Of a stretch of 33,304 nucleotides of DNA, positions 10,876 through 22,339 are shown one piece after another. Every line of letters starts with the position of its first letter. Positions within the stretch are counted from its first letter, which is position 1. The stretch lies in assembly GCA_040357565.1 (NCBI GenBank), contig JBDODJ010000123.1. The stretch is one strand, 5' to 3'. Both the position numbers and the translations under genes were made by a program. Below the pieces are notes generated by a model, which searched no databases, was not told where the DNA came from, and saw nothing but the letters and a program-made list of their open reading frames with translations. The DNA is from Cercozoa sp. M6MM. Taxonomy: Eukaryota; Protista; Endomyxa: Ascetosporea.

Positions 10876-11993
10876 TATCCGTTTGTGTACGGCCCCCAGT
10901 AAAATTTAGCTGCGACGTGGCGACTTGGATGCACCGCTGCACGTGTCGATACAGCGAAACACGCGGGCGCTGGGGGTTGCGTGGCGCTTCGCCAATGAAT
11001 ACAACCCGTACCAGCGGGCGCCGAAGAATCTTCGCGGTGTCTGCGGTCAAGTATGATCCCTCGGGAAGCAGCACAATGACCGGGCCTGCCAATGGCATGT
11101 CCTTATCGACCTCAATCACCGTTGTATCGCCGTCCCTCACCAATCGAAAGCCCTCCACGCGACGTCCTGCTGCGGTTGGGTGCGTTTTTTCGTGTACCTT
11201 GCCGCTCAGGTCACGAATAAGGTCACCATAGCTCCCGCCGTGCGTGCGGATGGTGATGACGGGCTCCAGTAGCATCCCATCAAGCACTCTTTGCAGGTGC
11301 TTCGCCTCGTCGTTGCGCACGCACAGAATTGGATTGCCGTCGCATGGGTGTACGGAGAAAACGTCGGCTGGTGCGGCTCGAGTCGATGTACCGCGCTCGA
11401 TCTCGTTTCCATTGTCCCCCCCCCCACAACCGCGCAGTAACTGATACTTTTGTACCCCTAGTTCAGTATGTGCTACTACTAGCAATGTTATATTCGCAAA
11501 ACTCGCCTAGACATTGACGTCCATGATTCTCACATTGACACTTTCGCCGGCGTCTGCCGCTTCGTTGACAACGAGGTGTGGCGTCGTCTCCGGGAACCGC
11601 GTGGCAATGTCGGCGAACAGCACAATCCCCATGGCTCGTTTCCACGCCATCCAAAACCTTGCTGCAAGTCTTTGTACACGGCGACGAGCACCGGCAAGTT
11701 CACCAGCGCCTCGTCTTCGCGCACACCGGGCAATCGAATGATGCTGTCGTTGGTGCGCGGGTCTACGTCGGAAGCAATGGCGAGCAGCTTGCCCCGTAGC
11801 TGCAAACGAATCTTCTCCTCGGGCCGCGCCCACTTCATGCCGTCACACCCCAGCTCGTCCGGACAAAGTAGCAGGCGCAGCGCCTTCAAGTTGTAGAGGA
11901 TGTTGTCGATCGAGTGCGTTTATGAGCGGGTATACAGACTGCGATATCTCCGGCGGCACATCATCGCACTCGGTCTCCGAACCGCTGTCGTCC
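10868..11993 (-). pseudogene. Frameshifted, stop-interrupted hypothetical gene with weak resemblance to degenerate Crinkler/RHS-type NTPase folds
   Basis: Consecutive coding-like frames 11889-~11650, ~11650-11507 and 11485-10868, joined by a frameshift and one TAG. Segments VYKDLQ..W...GIVL and TTVIEVDKDMP..VIVLLPEGSY. Confidence 0.35.
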
Positions 11994-12913
11994 ATTCGGC
12001 ACCCAACCAAATCACCGGGCAGTGCATGGGCACATGTGCCGCATGTCCAAGGCGCGTCCTCCGGACGCAAGCACGGAAGGAGTTGGTCGCCGGGCGCTGC
12101 CACAGACGACGAGACGCCTCGTGCGGCAGACGGATGGAGCAGTCCTTTCGGTCGCCCCAGCGGCGCCACGCCGCCGTCGGGGTTACAGACCCACCCAAAA
12201 TCCGCTTTGCCCATGTGCTCGATGACCCAGCACCTGCCCTGGACGTGGACGTAACACGATACGCGGGTCGAGTGACGGGGCTTTCCCGTAATCCACCTCA
12301 ATGTACGCACAGATCTGCGGCGGAGTCGGTAGTTCCTGTGGCGGAGGGACAAATTGCGCGAATTTCCATTAACACACACGCACTCACACACTGCAGGAGC
12401 CATACCGCGACGCTGCATCTGGCGTCCGGTGTACCGTCATCACGGAAGCAGCGCGACGTGCTCTGCAAACTATGCACGCAAACGCAAATCACGCAGAGTT
12501 GGGGAGTACATCCAACGGCGCACCGTACGTGATTCGATGGTCTATGGACGCAGAATATATCGGAAACAAGCCCAGAAACAAAAACACAAAAACGCAAAAA
12601 CGCAAAAACTCGACAACGGGAAAAAACACAAAACTCTAAATTTACAGCGGGTGTGAGGCATGTCGTGTACTGCGGGATTGTATTTTGTCCGAGGTCGTGT
12701 CTGGATTCAATGGCGAGAGGCATATGAGTTGAAATCGATCCCGAGCGAGAATCTGGGTGTGTGTTGCCACAATCAGAATAATAGACACCGGCCCGCCGCG
12801 GCTATGGCGGACGTGCTTACTGCCGTATGATCTGGGCAACCCTAGTGTTAATGAAACATGCAAGATTTAAATTCATGTCGGTCCAGAGGCCGAGATATTG
12901 CGCCGCTTTTTGC

Positions 12914-13930
12914 TCAGTCAGCAATGTCGTATCGCGCCGAACGCCATGTCGTGCGTGCGTCTGCTCGGCTGGAGCGGCGGCCTCGGAATTGCGTCCTGCT
13001 GCGCCGAACGCGGTCGTGACCACGGACCGGGCGCCGCCACGTGCGCACGTTGCGTGCCTTGGGCACCTCAGAGAGCACGTCTCTCGCCGAGGCATCGGCT
13101 TCGTCAGCAGCCTTCATCTCGTTTGTGATCTGAGACTCGCGAGGCATCACCCGGAACCGCAGAAACATCACTCGGACCAGGGCGGAGACACCGAGCAACC
13201 ACGACACACGCACCTGTTGCATGCAGACAGGCGTTACGACGCAGTCGGCCTGGGCCGATGAGTAGCGATCGAACAGCAGCGCATGGATGTGGCCGCGCTT
13301 CCTCTGCCGGGTTGAAACATGCTGCAGATCCCAGTCGACGTGCCGTCGCCTCGATCGTGTACGAACATAGAAGAAACTGGGCGCGACGCGGGCGCGCGCT
13401 GCGGCCGAACGTGCGCGCACGACGAAAACGTACAGTAGCCACGGGGCTACCGCACTGCGCCCGATTGCCAAGACAGTCTTGTCCTTCCAGGTACCCACCG
13501 GCAGTCGCATCTCCATTATCTCGCGATAGAAGTCGTCGTCGTCGCGCCTTTCCTCCAGGGGCAGTGCATTCACAACGAATGCGGACACAGGGGAGGAGCC
13601 GGTCTTCGCGCCACCGGCCGACATCTCTAGCACGTCGTAGTCCGCGCCGTCTGCAGACGGAGAGACGACGCGCACAACATCAGGAGCGGCGCACTGGAAG
13701 CCGATGCGGTCCTCTGTCAGCACGCCGTGGTTGCCGGTGAGTAGCTCGTATTCGTTAACCAGGAGTTCCGAGACACCGAGCCGATCCGGGAAGCAGCGCA
13801 CTCCCACTTGCATCGCAGAGTCGGCTGCATCGTCTTCGCATCGTCTGGTATCTGCACCGACATGCGCGGCGAGCTCCCGGATCTGCCGCAATGCGGCATG
13901 CTGGTCGCGCAACAGGTCCGCGATCCGCAC
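12914..13930 (-). CDS. Hypothetical protein (338-aa ORF; true start and 3' end uncertain)
   Basis: Long open frame with coding-like composition over the first ~280 aa. Possible degenerate P-loop region FYREIM...KTVLAIGRSAVAPWLLYVFV. Confidence 0.5.
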   Translation of the reverse strand: MRIADLLRDQHAALRQIRELAAHVGADTRRCEDDAADSAMQVGVRCFPDRLGVSELLVNEYELLTGNHGVLTEDRIGFQCAAPDVVRVVSPSADGADYDVLEMSAGGAKTGSSPVSAFVVNALPLEERRDDDDFYREIMEMRLPVGTWKDKTVLAIGRSAVAPWLLYVFVVRARSAAARARVAPSFFYVRTRSRRRHVDWDLQHVSTRQRKRGHIHALLFDRYSSAQADCVVTPVCMQQVRVSWLLGVSALVRVMFLRFRVMPRESQITNEMKAADEADASARDVLSEVPKARNVRTWRRPVRGHDRVRRSRTQFRGRRSSRADARTTWRSARYDIAD

Positions 13931-14149
13931 CGAGGTGGTCGTTGGGGCCTACACACGCGACGTTCGGTTACAAAGTGAAATCAAAACGCCACACAACAGG
14001 AAAACTCTCGTGCCCGACACAACTAATGGCTCACCATCTACATACAGTTAACACTTGTATGTGCTTGAGTGTTTGTGTCTGTCGCGAGAATGCAGTTTGA
14101 GTCATATTGGCTACAATTCGCAAGAATCACTGCTCGAGCTGTACTGTAC

Positions 14150-14320
14150 TGCAAGAGTTGAGCCAGGGGCAGGTCTCAACTTGCAAGGAATCGGGAGTTG
14201 AGTGCCTTTGAAGAATATTGTAGTGGGCAACGTACTCTTTGTTTATCACAGGAAACAAGACGTGGACCCTATAAGAGAGGGCTAGGAGCAGTTTTCGTCT
14301 TGTTTCACTCACAAAAGAAA
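14150..14320 (-). repeat. Family A LTR-like repeat, copy 3 (partial)
   Basis: Near-identical, same orientation, to 4511-4681. Confidence 0.92.
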
Positions 14321-14738
14321 ACAAGTGCATTGATTTCGCATTCGCGATTTTCCGCCATGTCGCCTGGAAATCTCTACGGGAACACTAGAAATTTTCAAAA
14401 AAATACGCGATTGTAAAAACGACGAGAGCTTAGCACGCCTAAGTTTTCTTCATCAAAATTACGCTCCTCAGACAGCTCAATAAAACATCTGCGCTGCGAA
14501 AAGGCGGGCGACAACTCACTGTGCACACAATGCAAGTCAGTTTATAAAAAACTTACAGCTGCCGATACGAGTTGCCGCTGTCAAGACATAACGTACGAGA
14601 CCGTAGACGCGGACGGCCGGGCCCATGGTGGACTTGATGAAAGCAGCACAAAACAAAACCCGACCCAGGCTGATCAATTCAGCTGTTCGGCAAGTACGGC
14701 ATAATCACAAACCTTGTTCTCAGGGCTGCAGCAATACG

Positions 14739-15490
14739 TGTTACTGCAGCCCTCTCAGATACCGATCGGGCTTTGGAAAATTGAGGGTACTTAGCCAGTG
14801 TTACAAAAGAAACGTAAGAAAGTTTATTCTCGTCGGGAGGAGCCGTGTCAGTTTGAAAGAGTAAGTTGCCCAACGGTTCAGTTGGACGGCAAAGCGCTGA
14901 TGAACGGGAAAGACATCCGTCAGATGTTGTTTTTGAGTTGACTAAAAGAAAAAGAAGGAGGGCCTCTGGAACGGCGGACGTGTAGAAGCGGAGACAACCT
15001 GATGGTCGAAAGAGACCTTCTTCGAGTCAAGCTGCACGAAGCTTGCCCAAGACTTCCTACTTAAACACAGGTGTTCCACCGTGTGAGTTGAAGCTCTCGT
15101 ACGCCATGATACCAGCGAACACATGTTCCACCCCCCCAAGGTATTTTGTAAGTCCTGAGTGGCATGCGCGCGGATAAATTTACAGCAGATTGTTACGGTA
15201 TGGAAACCAGTAACTAAGGTATTGAAGACGACTAAATAAAGGAAGTAATACGTCAGTTAGAATGGCGTCGCGGATGATTAGAAGACATACCCTTGTAGAA
15301 AAGGTCGTCGATACGTGAGCTGTAGAAAGCTTGACCCGAGCTAGGAAGTCGGGTCTGCACAACACTAGCAAAACAAATCCTTCACTATAAACCATACTGG
15401 TTTAGATTTGATCGTCCGCGCTGACGAGTAGTCAGATGACAACTTGACTGGTTGAGAAACGCCATGCCGTAACAAGATCATGCCGTAACA
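14739..15490 (+). mobile_element. Solo LTR, family B (diverged copy) carrying a nested insertion
   Basis: Termini TGTTACTGC...GCCGTAACA. Flanks TACG and AACG form a 4-bp TSD with one mismatch. Aligns to 26575-27165. Confidence 0.85.
15191..15474. mobile_element. Nested 284-bp solo LTR (or MITE), distinct family
   Basis: Termini TGTTACGGTATGG...CCATGCCGTAACA (12/13 inverted match). Perfect 4-bp TSD AGAT (15187-15190 and 15475-15478). Removing it restores the family B end. Confidence 0.88.
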
Positions 15491-15647
15491 AACGGGTAAT
15501 CGGGTAACCAGTCCGCGGTTTCGTGGAACTTGCCGTTGGTAAATTCTCGCAGAACACTGCACACCGCGCTTGGGACAGCGATAGCAACAAAAAACACGCC
15601 ATGCTGACCGGCGTCGTTAGTACTTGCCGAGCCGTACCTCAGCGCGA

Positions 15648-15869
15648 TTAACGCAGTTCGGCCGAGAAGTTAACCGGGAGCTCCTCGATGGCCGTGTGGT
15701 ACTGCACCCCAAACATACACACACGTAAACAAATCCACACTCGTAACATTCCGGAGAGCGTAATGGTACGAACTGCTCGAGGTCCTTGAGCACGTGGTAG
15801 TCGTCCTGCGTGCAGAAGTTGATGGCCACTGCGCGCCACAACGGAAACATACACACACAATAACATCAG

Positions 15870-15903
<34 letters not shown>

Positions 15904-17239
15904 CGGAAACACACCGCCCTTGCGGCCGTAGCGACCCGAGCGGCCGATGCGGTGGATGTACGACTCGTAGTTCGACGGCAGGTCGTAGTTGATCACGAGC
16001 GAGACCGACTGCACGTCAATGCCGCGCGCCAACAGGTCCGTCGTGATGAGCACGCGCGACGAGCCCGAGCGGAACTCCTGCATGATCATCTGACGCTCCT
16101 CCGACTTCATGAGACCGTGCATGGACGACACCGTGAAGTCGCGCTCCGTCATCTGCTGCGCGAGCAGCTCGACCTTGTTGCGCGTCGAGCAGTAGATGAT
16201 CGACTGCGCGATCGTCAGCGTCTCGTACAGGTCGCAGAGGCACTCAAGCTTGTGATGCTCCTTGTCGACGTTGACAAAGTACTGCTTGATACCGTCAAGC
16301 GTCAGCTCGTCGCGCTTCACGAGGATCTGGATCGGGTCGCGCATGAAGCGCTCCGTCAGCGCCAAGATCTCCTCCGGCATCGTGGCCGAGAACAAGCAGA
16401 CCTGCACGCTGCCCGGGACGTGCTGGAAGATATCGTAAATCTGGTCCTTGAAACCACGCGACAGCATCTCGTCGGCCTCATCAAGGAAGAAGCCCTTGAG
16501 CTTCGACAGGTCGAGTGCACCGTTGTCGATCATGTGGTACACGCGGCCCGGACAACCGACCACGATCTGCACGCCGTTCTGCAGGGCGCGGATGTCCTCG
16601 CGGAAGTCAGTGCCACCAATCACCGGGTGCGCCTTGACGTTCATGTGGTGCGACAGCGCCGTCAGCACGTCGTAGATCTGCGTGGCGAGCTCGCGCGTCG
16701 GCGCCAGGATCTGAGCGAGACAGCACAGCGCATGCAACTAAACGCACATGCACATGCATACGCACAGCAGGGTACCAGGAACTGGCATTCCTTGATCGAC
16801 TCGTCCACCAGCTGCAGCGCGCTGATCGAGAACGTGGCCGTCTTGCCCGTACCCGACTGCGCCTGGGCGATCACGTCGCGACCAGACACGACCGGGAGGA
16901 TGGCCTATGCGCGAGATATCACAGTCAGTCGGGTTTACTCCAGGCAAAACCGAAGCAAGGAATACACGCGACTGGATGGCGGACGGCTTCTCGAAACCGT
17001 ACGTGTAGCTGCGCAAGACAAAAACATGTACATATGAGGCACGGCATCACACGCGGCACAATTGAGGCGGTCGTACATCGAGCGCAGCAGTGTGTCCTTG
17101 AGCTACGGAAGCAAAGCCACACCAGACAGTCATGAGACATACAACAGAGGGGGATTGAGGGTACGTTCATGTCATCGAAGGATTCGACAGCGACGCCGAA
17201 CTGCTCGCTGTTTTCGCCCTGCACCTGCACCGTCGACAT
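15648..17239 (-). CDS. eIF4A: Eukaryotic translation initiation factor 4A (DEAD-box helicase), 6 CDS introns
   Basis: Motifs [66 protein letters not shown] and VAINF, with in-frame GT-AG introns. Confidence 0.97.
15871..15902. repeat. (CA)n microsatellite in an eIF4A intron
   Basis: Directly visible. Confidence 0.98.
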
Positions 17240-17436
17240 CGTCTTGTTTGTTTTTGTTTTTTAATCCTGCAACATAAGAGCCACTACATTTGGCAGACAA
17301 CACTGACACACTGACACAGACACCACAGGCACTGACGTACGCACAGACAAAACTTTTCGAAAAACACAACGAAAAAACAAAACCACACACAAACACACAC
17401 GCCTCAGTCTCTCGGCCCGCAACTGTGCCACACTCA

Positions 17437-17570
17437 CGGATTTTGGCTGTACACACCCGCAACGTAGACTGTAAGGGGATGGGGTGCTTGTTGTCGCAGG
17501 GAGATCATTTTCTGAGCCGATAGCAGACTGAGCCCATCATGATCGTTGGGCTGAGTCGATAGCAGATTGA
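17437..17570. promoter_or_regulatory. Bidirectional promoter region with a repeated CTGAGYCGATAGCAGAYTGA motif
   Basis: 20-bp direct repeat at 17512-17531 and 17551-17570 (18/20 identical). TACAGCCAAAAT on the minus strand at ~17440-17451. Lies between divergent genes. Confidence 0.55.
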
Positions 17571-17628
17571 CTTTAGCTGCGGTCGATCGTCGACAGCTTT
17601 GTTGCTTTCACTCGGAAGTGTGCCCGAA

Positions 17629-18278
17629 ATGCAGGCCAGACTTTCCCTCCGTCGTCTTGGTAAATTGTCCCTGCGCCGAGAAACGATCGTCTTGTTTTCT
17701 TTTGGTTTTGTTTTCTTTTGGTTTTGTTTTCTTTGGTTTGTTTTCTTTGGTCTTGTTTTCTTTGGTTTTGTTTTCTTTGGTTTTGTTTGTGTTTTTTTTT
17801 TTAATTTCTTGGTTTATTTGTTTCCTGTACTTGCTCGCTGTTTTCGACGACGATGTATCTACCCTCTTTGTGCAGCCGCGACCCAGCGACGAAATGCCGG
17901 CGGTTCGGCCTTCTTCATTGCCCCGCGTGCTGTTGTTCCGCGAGGCCGCATTGGTACGGCACATTCCACATGACTTGACCCGCATCCGTGTGCCCTGATT
18001 GTTGGCGGCACCGCAGACTGGCACCTGCCCGCCTCGGCCCTCCTGTTTCTGATTGCCTTCAATAACGCCGGCAACGGCTTCAACTTCAGCGAGAGCTTGC
18101 CGGGCGTCGACCTGTCCAAGTACCTCGCCGCAGCGCGCGAGGCCGCTGACTTCCACCGTCTGTCGCAGTCCAAGGGCGATATTTACGACAAGAACGCCGG
18201 GTACCATTGCTTGCTCGCTAACCGGCTCTTGATGTTCTATGTTGTGGGTTCTGCAGCTACCCGTCGGGTCACCACTAG
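17629..18278 (+). CDS. Small (104 aa) putative mitochondrion-targeted single-pass membrane protein
   Basis: Exons 17629-17659, 17876-17953, 18017-18200 and 18257-18278 join in frame through three GT-AG introns: MQARLSLRRLAATQRRNAGGSAFF...WHLPASALLFLIAFNN...GYPSGHH*. The N-terminus is Arg-rich and has no acidic residues. Confidence 0.75.
17692..17790 (+). repeat. Intronic ~15-bp T-rich tandem repeat (TTTTGTTTTCTTTGG)n
   Basis: Directly visible in intron 1 of the small gene. Confidence 0.9.
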
Positions 18279-18361
18279 CGTCATGTGCCGCCGAATTAGC
18301 CGAATTAAATTTTGCCTGCGCGCAGTGTTGTGTAGATAAATATTCCCCTGGCTGGGCACCT

Positions 18362-18725
18362 TTTTGCAGCATGAGCTCCTGTATCCGCGCGGACACAACC
18401 CTCCAACTTACAAAAGTCCTCAAGAGAGGTGTGGAAGTTTTTGACGTGTGTTCGCTGGTGTCCAGACTGTGGAGCACCTGTGAACTCAAAGAAGGGCTCG
18501 ACCAATTAATCTGACCTCTTCGGGACCAGTTGTCTCCGCTTCTACCCGTCCTCTGCCTTTCCAGAGGCCGTTCTTTTCTTTACTTTACGCCAACTCAAGT
18601 ATTATCCTCACTACTCAGTTCTCGCGACGTCTTTCCGTCTCGAGGACCCTTTTTACTGACTGTCCTTTCTACAACGGGTGCCTTTACCGTCCACCACCAG
18701 TGCTCCGTCGCCCAGCTGAACCGTT
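18362..18725 (-). mobile_element. Family B LTR fragment (inverted, internally deleted)
   Basis: Reverse complement aligns with ~26723-27165. Confidence 0.85.
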
Positions 18726-19244
18726 CATGCACCAGTCCGGGGTGGGTCAAGAGCATGGCCGTGTCTGCCGCCCGCATAGGGTAGGACCATAAATTTACAA
18801 CTCCCCTTTTGACGTTCCCCAAGACACTGAAGTCGACTTCATGGTTGGTGCAGGTAGCGGGCTACAAGTAAACTGTGGGTCGTCCCGTCGTCCTCCTCCG
18901 TCTCTCCACCCGATATCTAAACAAACGAACAAACGGCCGTAGCTTAGGGCCACCACTGCTATGAGTGGTGGCCTAGTCTATGTCGGGGACCTCTCGGTCC
19001 AGTGCCAGAGGAATCTTGAAGTGTGCGGATGTCGGCGATGCTGAGTTTGCGCTCTTTGGCTAAAATTTCTTCTGAGTAGTTTGTTTGAGTTCTTGATATG
19101 TTTCCAAGGGTTTCTGATGTGTGTCTTCTGTAGACTCTGGCCCTTGTGAGAGGGCGTTGTGGCTGTTTGTTTTTGCTATTTCGCATCTGCTTTTTCAGTT
19201 TCTTGTGGTCTTTGTATATTTTGATCCAGTTTCTCCTGTTGTGG

Positions 19245-19739
19245 TTGTTCCTGGAGAGTGGCCAAGTGTCAGTTTGAAAGAGTGAGTTACCCCAACGGTT
19301 CAGTTGGGCGGCAAAGCACTGATGGGGGACGGGAAAGGCACTCGTCAGATGGTAACTGTAAATTTAGAAAGGACAGTCAGTAAAAAGGGTCCTTGAGACG
19401 GAAAGGCGTCGTGAGAACTGAGTAGTGAGGATTCAGAAGTACTTGAGTTGGAAGTAAAGAAAAGAAGGGCCCCTGGAAAGGCAGAGGACAGGTAGGAGCG
19501 AAGACAACTGGTCCTGGGGAGACCAGATTACCTGGTCGAGAGAGAGCCCTTCTTTGAGTCCAGCTGCAAAAAGCTTGCTCAAGGCTTCCCTACTCAAACA
19601 CAGGTGTTCCACAGTCTGGACTGAAGCTCTCAGTAGGTCAGGATACCAGCGAACACACGTCAAAAATCTTCCACACCTCTTGGGGATTTTTTTAAGTTGT
19701 AGGGTTGCTTCCGCGGATACAGTAGTTCATGCCGTAACA
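19245..19739 (+). mobile_element. Family B LTR copy truncated at one end
   Basis: Highly similar to ~26668-27165; ends GCCGTAACA. Confidence 0.92.
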
Positions 19740-19756
19740 ATGTGTCCTAAACGCAA

Positions 19757-20035
19757 GTTAGTTGGTTCGGTCGGTCTTCTAAGCGTTCGATGCGCGTTCA
19801 CGCGGACTTGGCGTCAAGACCCGCCCTGCAGTCTCGTCTCAGTCCTGGTTGGCGTCCAGCGGCCCTCCGCGTCAAAGTCTCGCGTCACAAAGTGGCGGAC
19901 TGGGGTCGACAGCAACGATCGATACTTCAAGGTTTCTACAGGATCGCGGAGACTGGGAGTCGTCTTGCGCCCAGCGGAGTGAGTCACATCATGCCACCCG
20001 CCTCTTGCGGACTCGCCCCAAAACACATTAAGCCA
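19757..20035 (-). repeat. Family C dispersed repeat (possible retroposon 3' end); carries the empty LTR target site
   Basis: Aligns to 26458-26574 plus 27170-27318. Begins with a GTTAGTTGGTT..TCGGTCTTCTAAG tail also seen near 32690-32708. Confidence 0.75.
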
Positions 20036-21099
20036 CCCTGACCGAGGCCGGTGCAGTAGAAGCACATACACTGGAATACATTTATAGCAGCTAGGACAAA
20101 AGAAAACTCGTAGGCGACGAAACTAAATTACCCGACGGACGACAACGAGACGACGAGCCTGCCTGCCACCTGTAAATTTACCAACCTAGGAGATGTCCGG
20201 GTGAATTCGAAAGGGGATTTGGACGGGCCCTCCCGAAGCGGGCGAAACATAGCACGCGCTGGGCTAGGGAGAAACATGGCACGCGCTGGGCTACTCAGAG
20301 CCCGCGTGATGGGAGACTTTTTGTCGGTGGTTATTTTCACCGCCGACACTGGTTTCGCCACCAACGCCATCCTCACCGCTACACCTGGCTTAACCGTTAT
20401 CCTTGGCCCCACGGCTAAACACGACCTTCGGGTCCATACGGGCGCATGTGAAAACGCTACCATCTCTGATGGCCCAACTAGGAACTTCCGTGACCAAGCG
20501 GCGCGGAGTTAAATTTACCGTCAACGAACCGCCGACAACCTAGACAATACCCTGACGAGCGACGTGCGCCGCTCGCTCCCACGAAAACCCAACGACCAGA
20601 CGACAACCCGCCAGCTAGGCACAACCTTAGAACTCACCACCAAAAATACACCCCAAGTGATAGTTAGATAGGAGAAAAACGAACAGAGCCTTGGCTGGCA
20701 CACAGCAGAGAGCGTAAACAACCGCAATAAAAGAACCAGTCACGCAGAGAACAACAAAGAGGGACGCCCAAACGACGAGATGGTGATTCTGGGCATGAAA
20801 GCGATTGGAATAGAGAGACATATGAGAGTGATAACAACAATGACAACGATCGTCACATCGGTGAAGACGCACAATCAACGGGCAAGAAAAAAATTGCAAT
20901 TTAGCAGGCCTTCAGGCGGGGAAAATCGGGGCCCTACAGAACTATGAGTACGAAACTACACATCCTACACCAAAACGTGAACAAGAACGCAGCGCCCTGC
21001 ATGAAGCAAAAACTGAAAATGACTGGGATATAAATTTTACTCTAAATTTAAGTTTTAAATTAAATCTTACAAGTAAACTTAAATCCCACAGCTACAAAG

Positions 21100-22200
21100 T
21101 CACAGCTACAGAGTCCGAGGAGAGGCAGAGGCCAAGCCCAGAACAATGATGAATTTAGACCTCGCGACAGCTGACAGTGTCATCTCAACCATGAAACTTA
21201 TTAAGGAACTGGAACATAAAAATGAAGATGCTTCTGAACTCGAAGCACTCCCCACAACATGAGAAAACAGCTCAGACAAAGCCTTCACATTGATAGACGA
21301 GCACTATGGCAGGGAAGTGGCTGAACCCGCACACAACATTAATGGCAGAGAAACAAATGGCGCTGCCAGAGCCTCGACAATCGAGGGGTGCCTCGGGAGA
21401 CAAAGCCACCACAGAGATAAATTTATTCGTTGAACAGCTACAAAAGAAAACCACACTCGACTGGTCCCAGTTCGCTATGGCCAATAAAGTACTCAGAGAA
21501 AACAGATTCGCACAACAAGAAAATCATGAACCACCACCAGATGAGGCCAAAGCAACTGCTGCTGAAGGTCAGTTTACACAACAGCAGGCAGAAATGACCA
21601 AGAAAACTGGTGAGTAAATTCAGTAAGGACAACAAAGAGACCAGACATGCAGGAAGCGCGTGGGCGCCTCCTGGACACAGCCACCTGGTCAAAGCGCAAC
21701 AGCATGGAATTTGCACCCCACAAAGACGTTCATCCAACTGGGAAAGAAGACAATCAGAGACCTCAAAATCAGAATGAAAACACTCGGAGGATCGGCACAC
21801 TGAAAAGACTGGCGCTCTGGTGGCACAAAATTGGCAGCACAAAATAGAAACGGACACCGCACCAATCTCTGTTTGGGAGAGCAACCACAAACCGCAAGAC
21901 GCCGACTCTGGACTGGGCGAAATACCGCGAAGAATAAGAAAGATCCTCGGCAGGATCACCAAGACAGCGAACAGACCCCGAGAACACGAGACATGGTCAA
22001 TACGGAAAACAGATGCCGAACACCACAAGCACAAGTGGCTCCAACTAGTACGTGACCTCTCGAACAGAGCAGAGATACAACAACTGACGGCAGCCTCGCC
22101 GGAAGCAAAGCTGGCTACGGCTGGACATCAGGAAAACCAGTCGATGGAAGACTTAAGTTATCCTGCACCCGACAACGCCGCAAAAAACAAAGCTGGATGA
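21100..22200 (+). pseudogene. Decayed A-rich coding-like region, probably retroelement-derived
   Basis: Overlapping short ORFs in shifting frames, adjacent to an LTR terminus fragment. No diagnostic motif. Confidence 0.25.
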
Positions 22201-22204
22201 GATG

Positions 22205-22235
22205 CTGATCCCTATCTGAGAGGGCTGCGGTAACA
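22205..22235 (-). repeat. 31-bp terminal fragment of the family B LTR
   Basis: Reverse complement TGTTACCGCAGCCCTCTCAGATAGGGATCAG is identical to the start of 26575-27165. Confidence 0.9.
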
Positions 22236-22339
22236 ACATTACACTTTTCGCGCACGGCCAGCGCGACAAAACTTGTGTATAAACAGAAACATCAAACTGC
22301 CAGTAGCGTAGCAACAGCCGAGCCGTTCGGTCTTTGGGG

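Noticed and set aside
14897-14925. CTGATGA...GAAA hammerhead-like core
   Set aside because: No stem II, no correctly placed UH after stem III, and not conserved in other family B copies.
15410-15480. CTGACGA...GAAAC...GTA hammerhead-like arrangement
   Set aside because: Stem I cannot pair, and stem II leaves a large bulge before GAAA.
15952-17037. 361-aa plus-strand ORF (also 23043-23816, 27478-27990, 30361-31305, 30949-31920)
   Set aside because: Antisense or alternate-frame shadows of the GC3-rich genes eIF4A, LCB2, RPS19 and WDR75.
17608-18489. 293-aa minus-strand ORF with KTKEN repeats
   Set aside because: It runs through an LTR fragment, the antisense of the small gene and an intronic T-rich repeat.
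19433-19663. QTVEHLCL peptide suggesting a non-LTR zinc knuckle
   Set aside because: It lies inside a repeat with TG...CA termini and a 4-bp TSD (an LTR), and the cysteine spacing does not fit CCHC.
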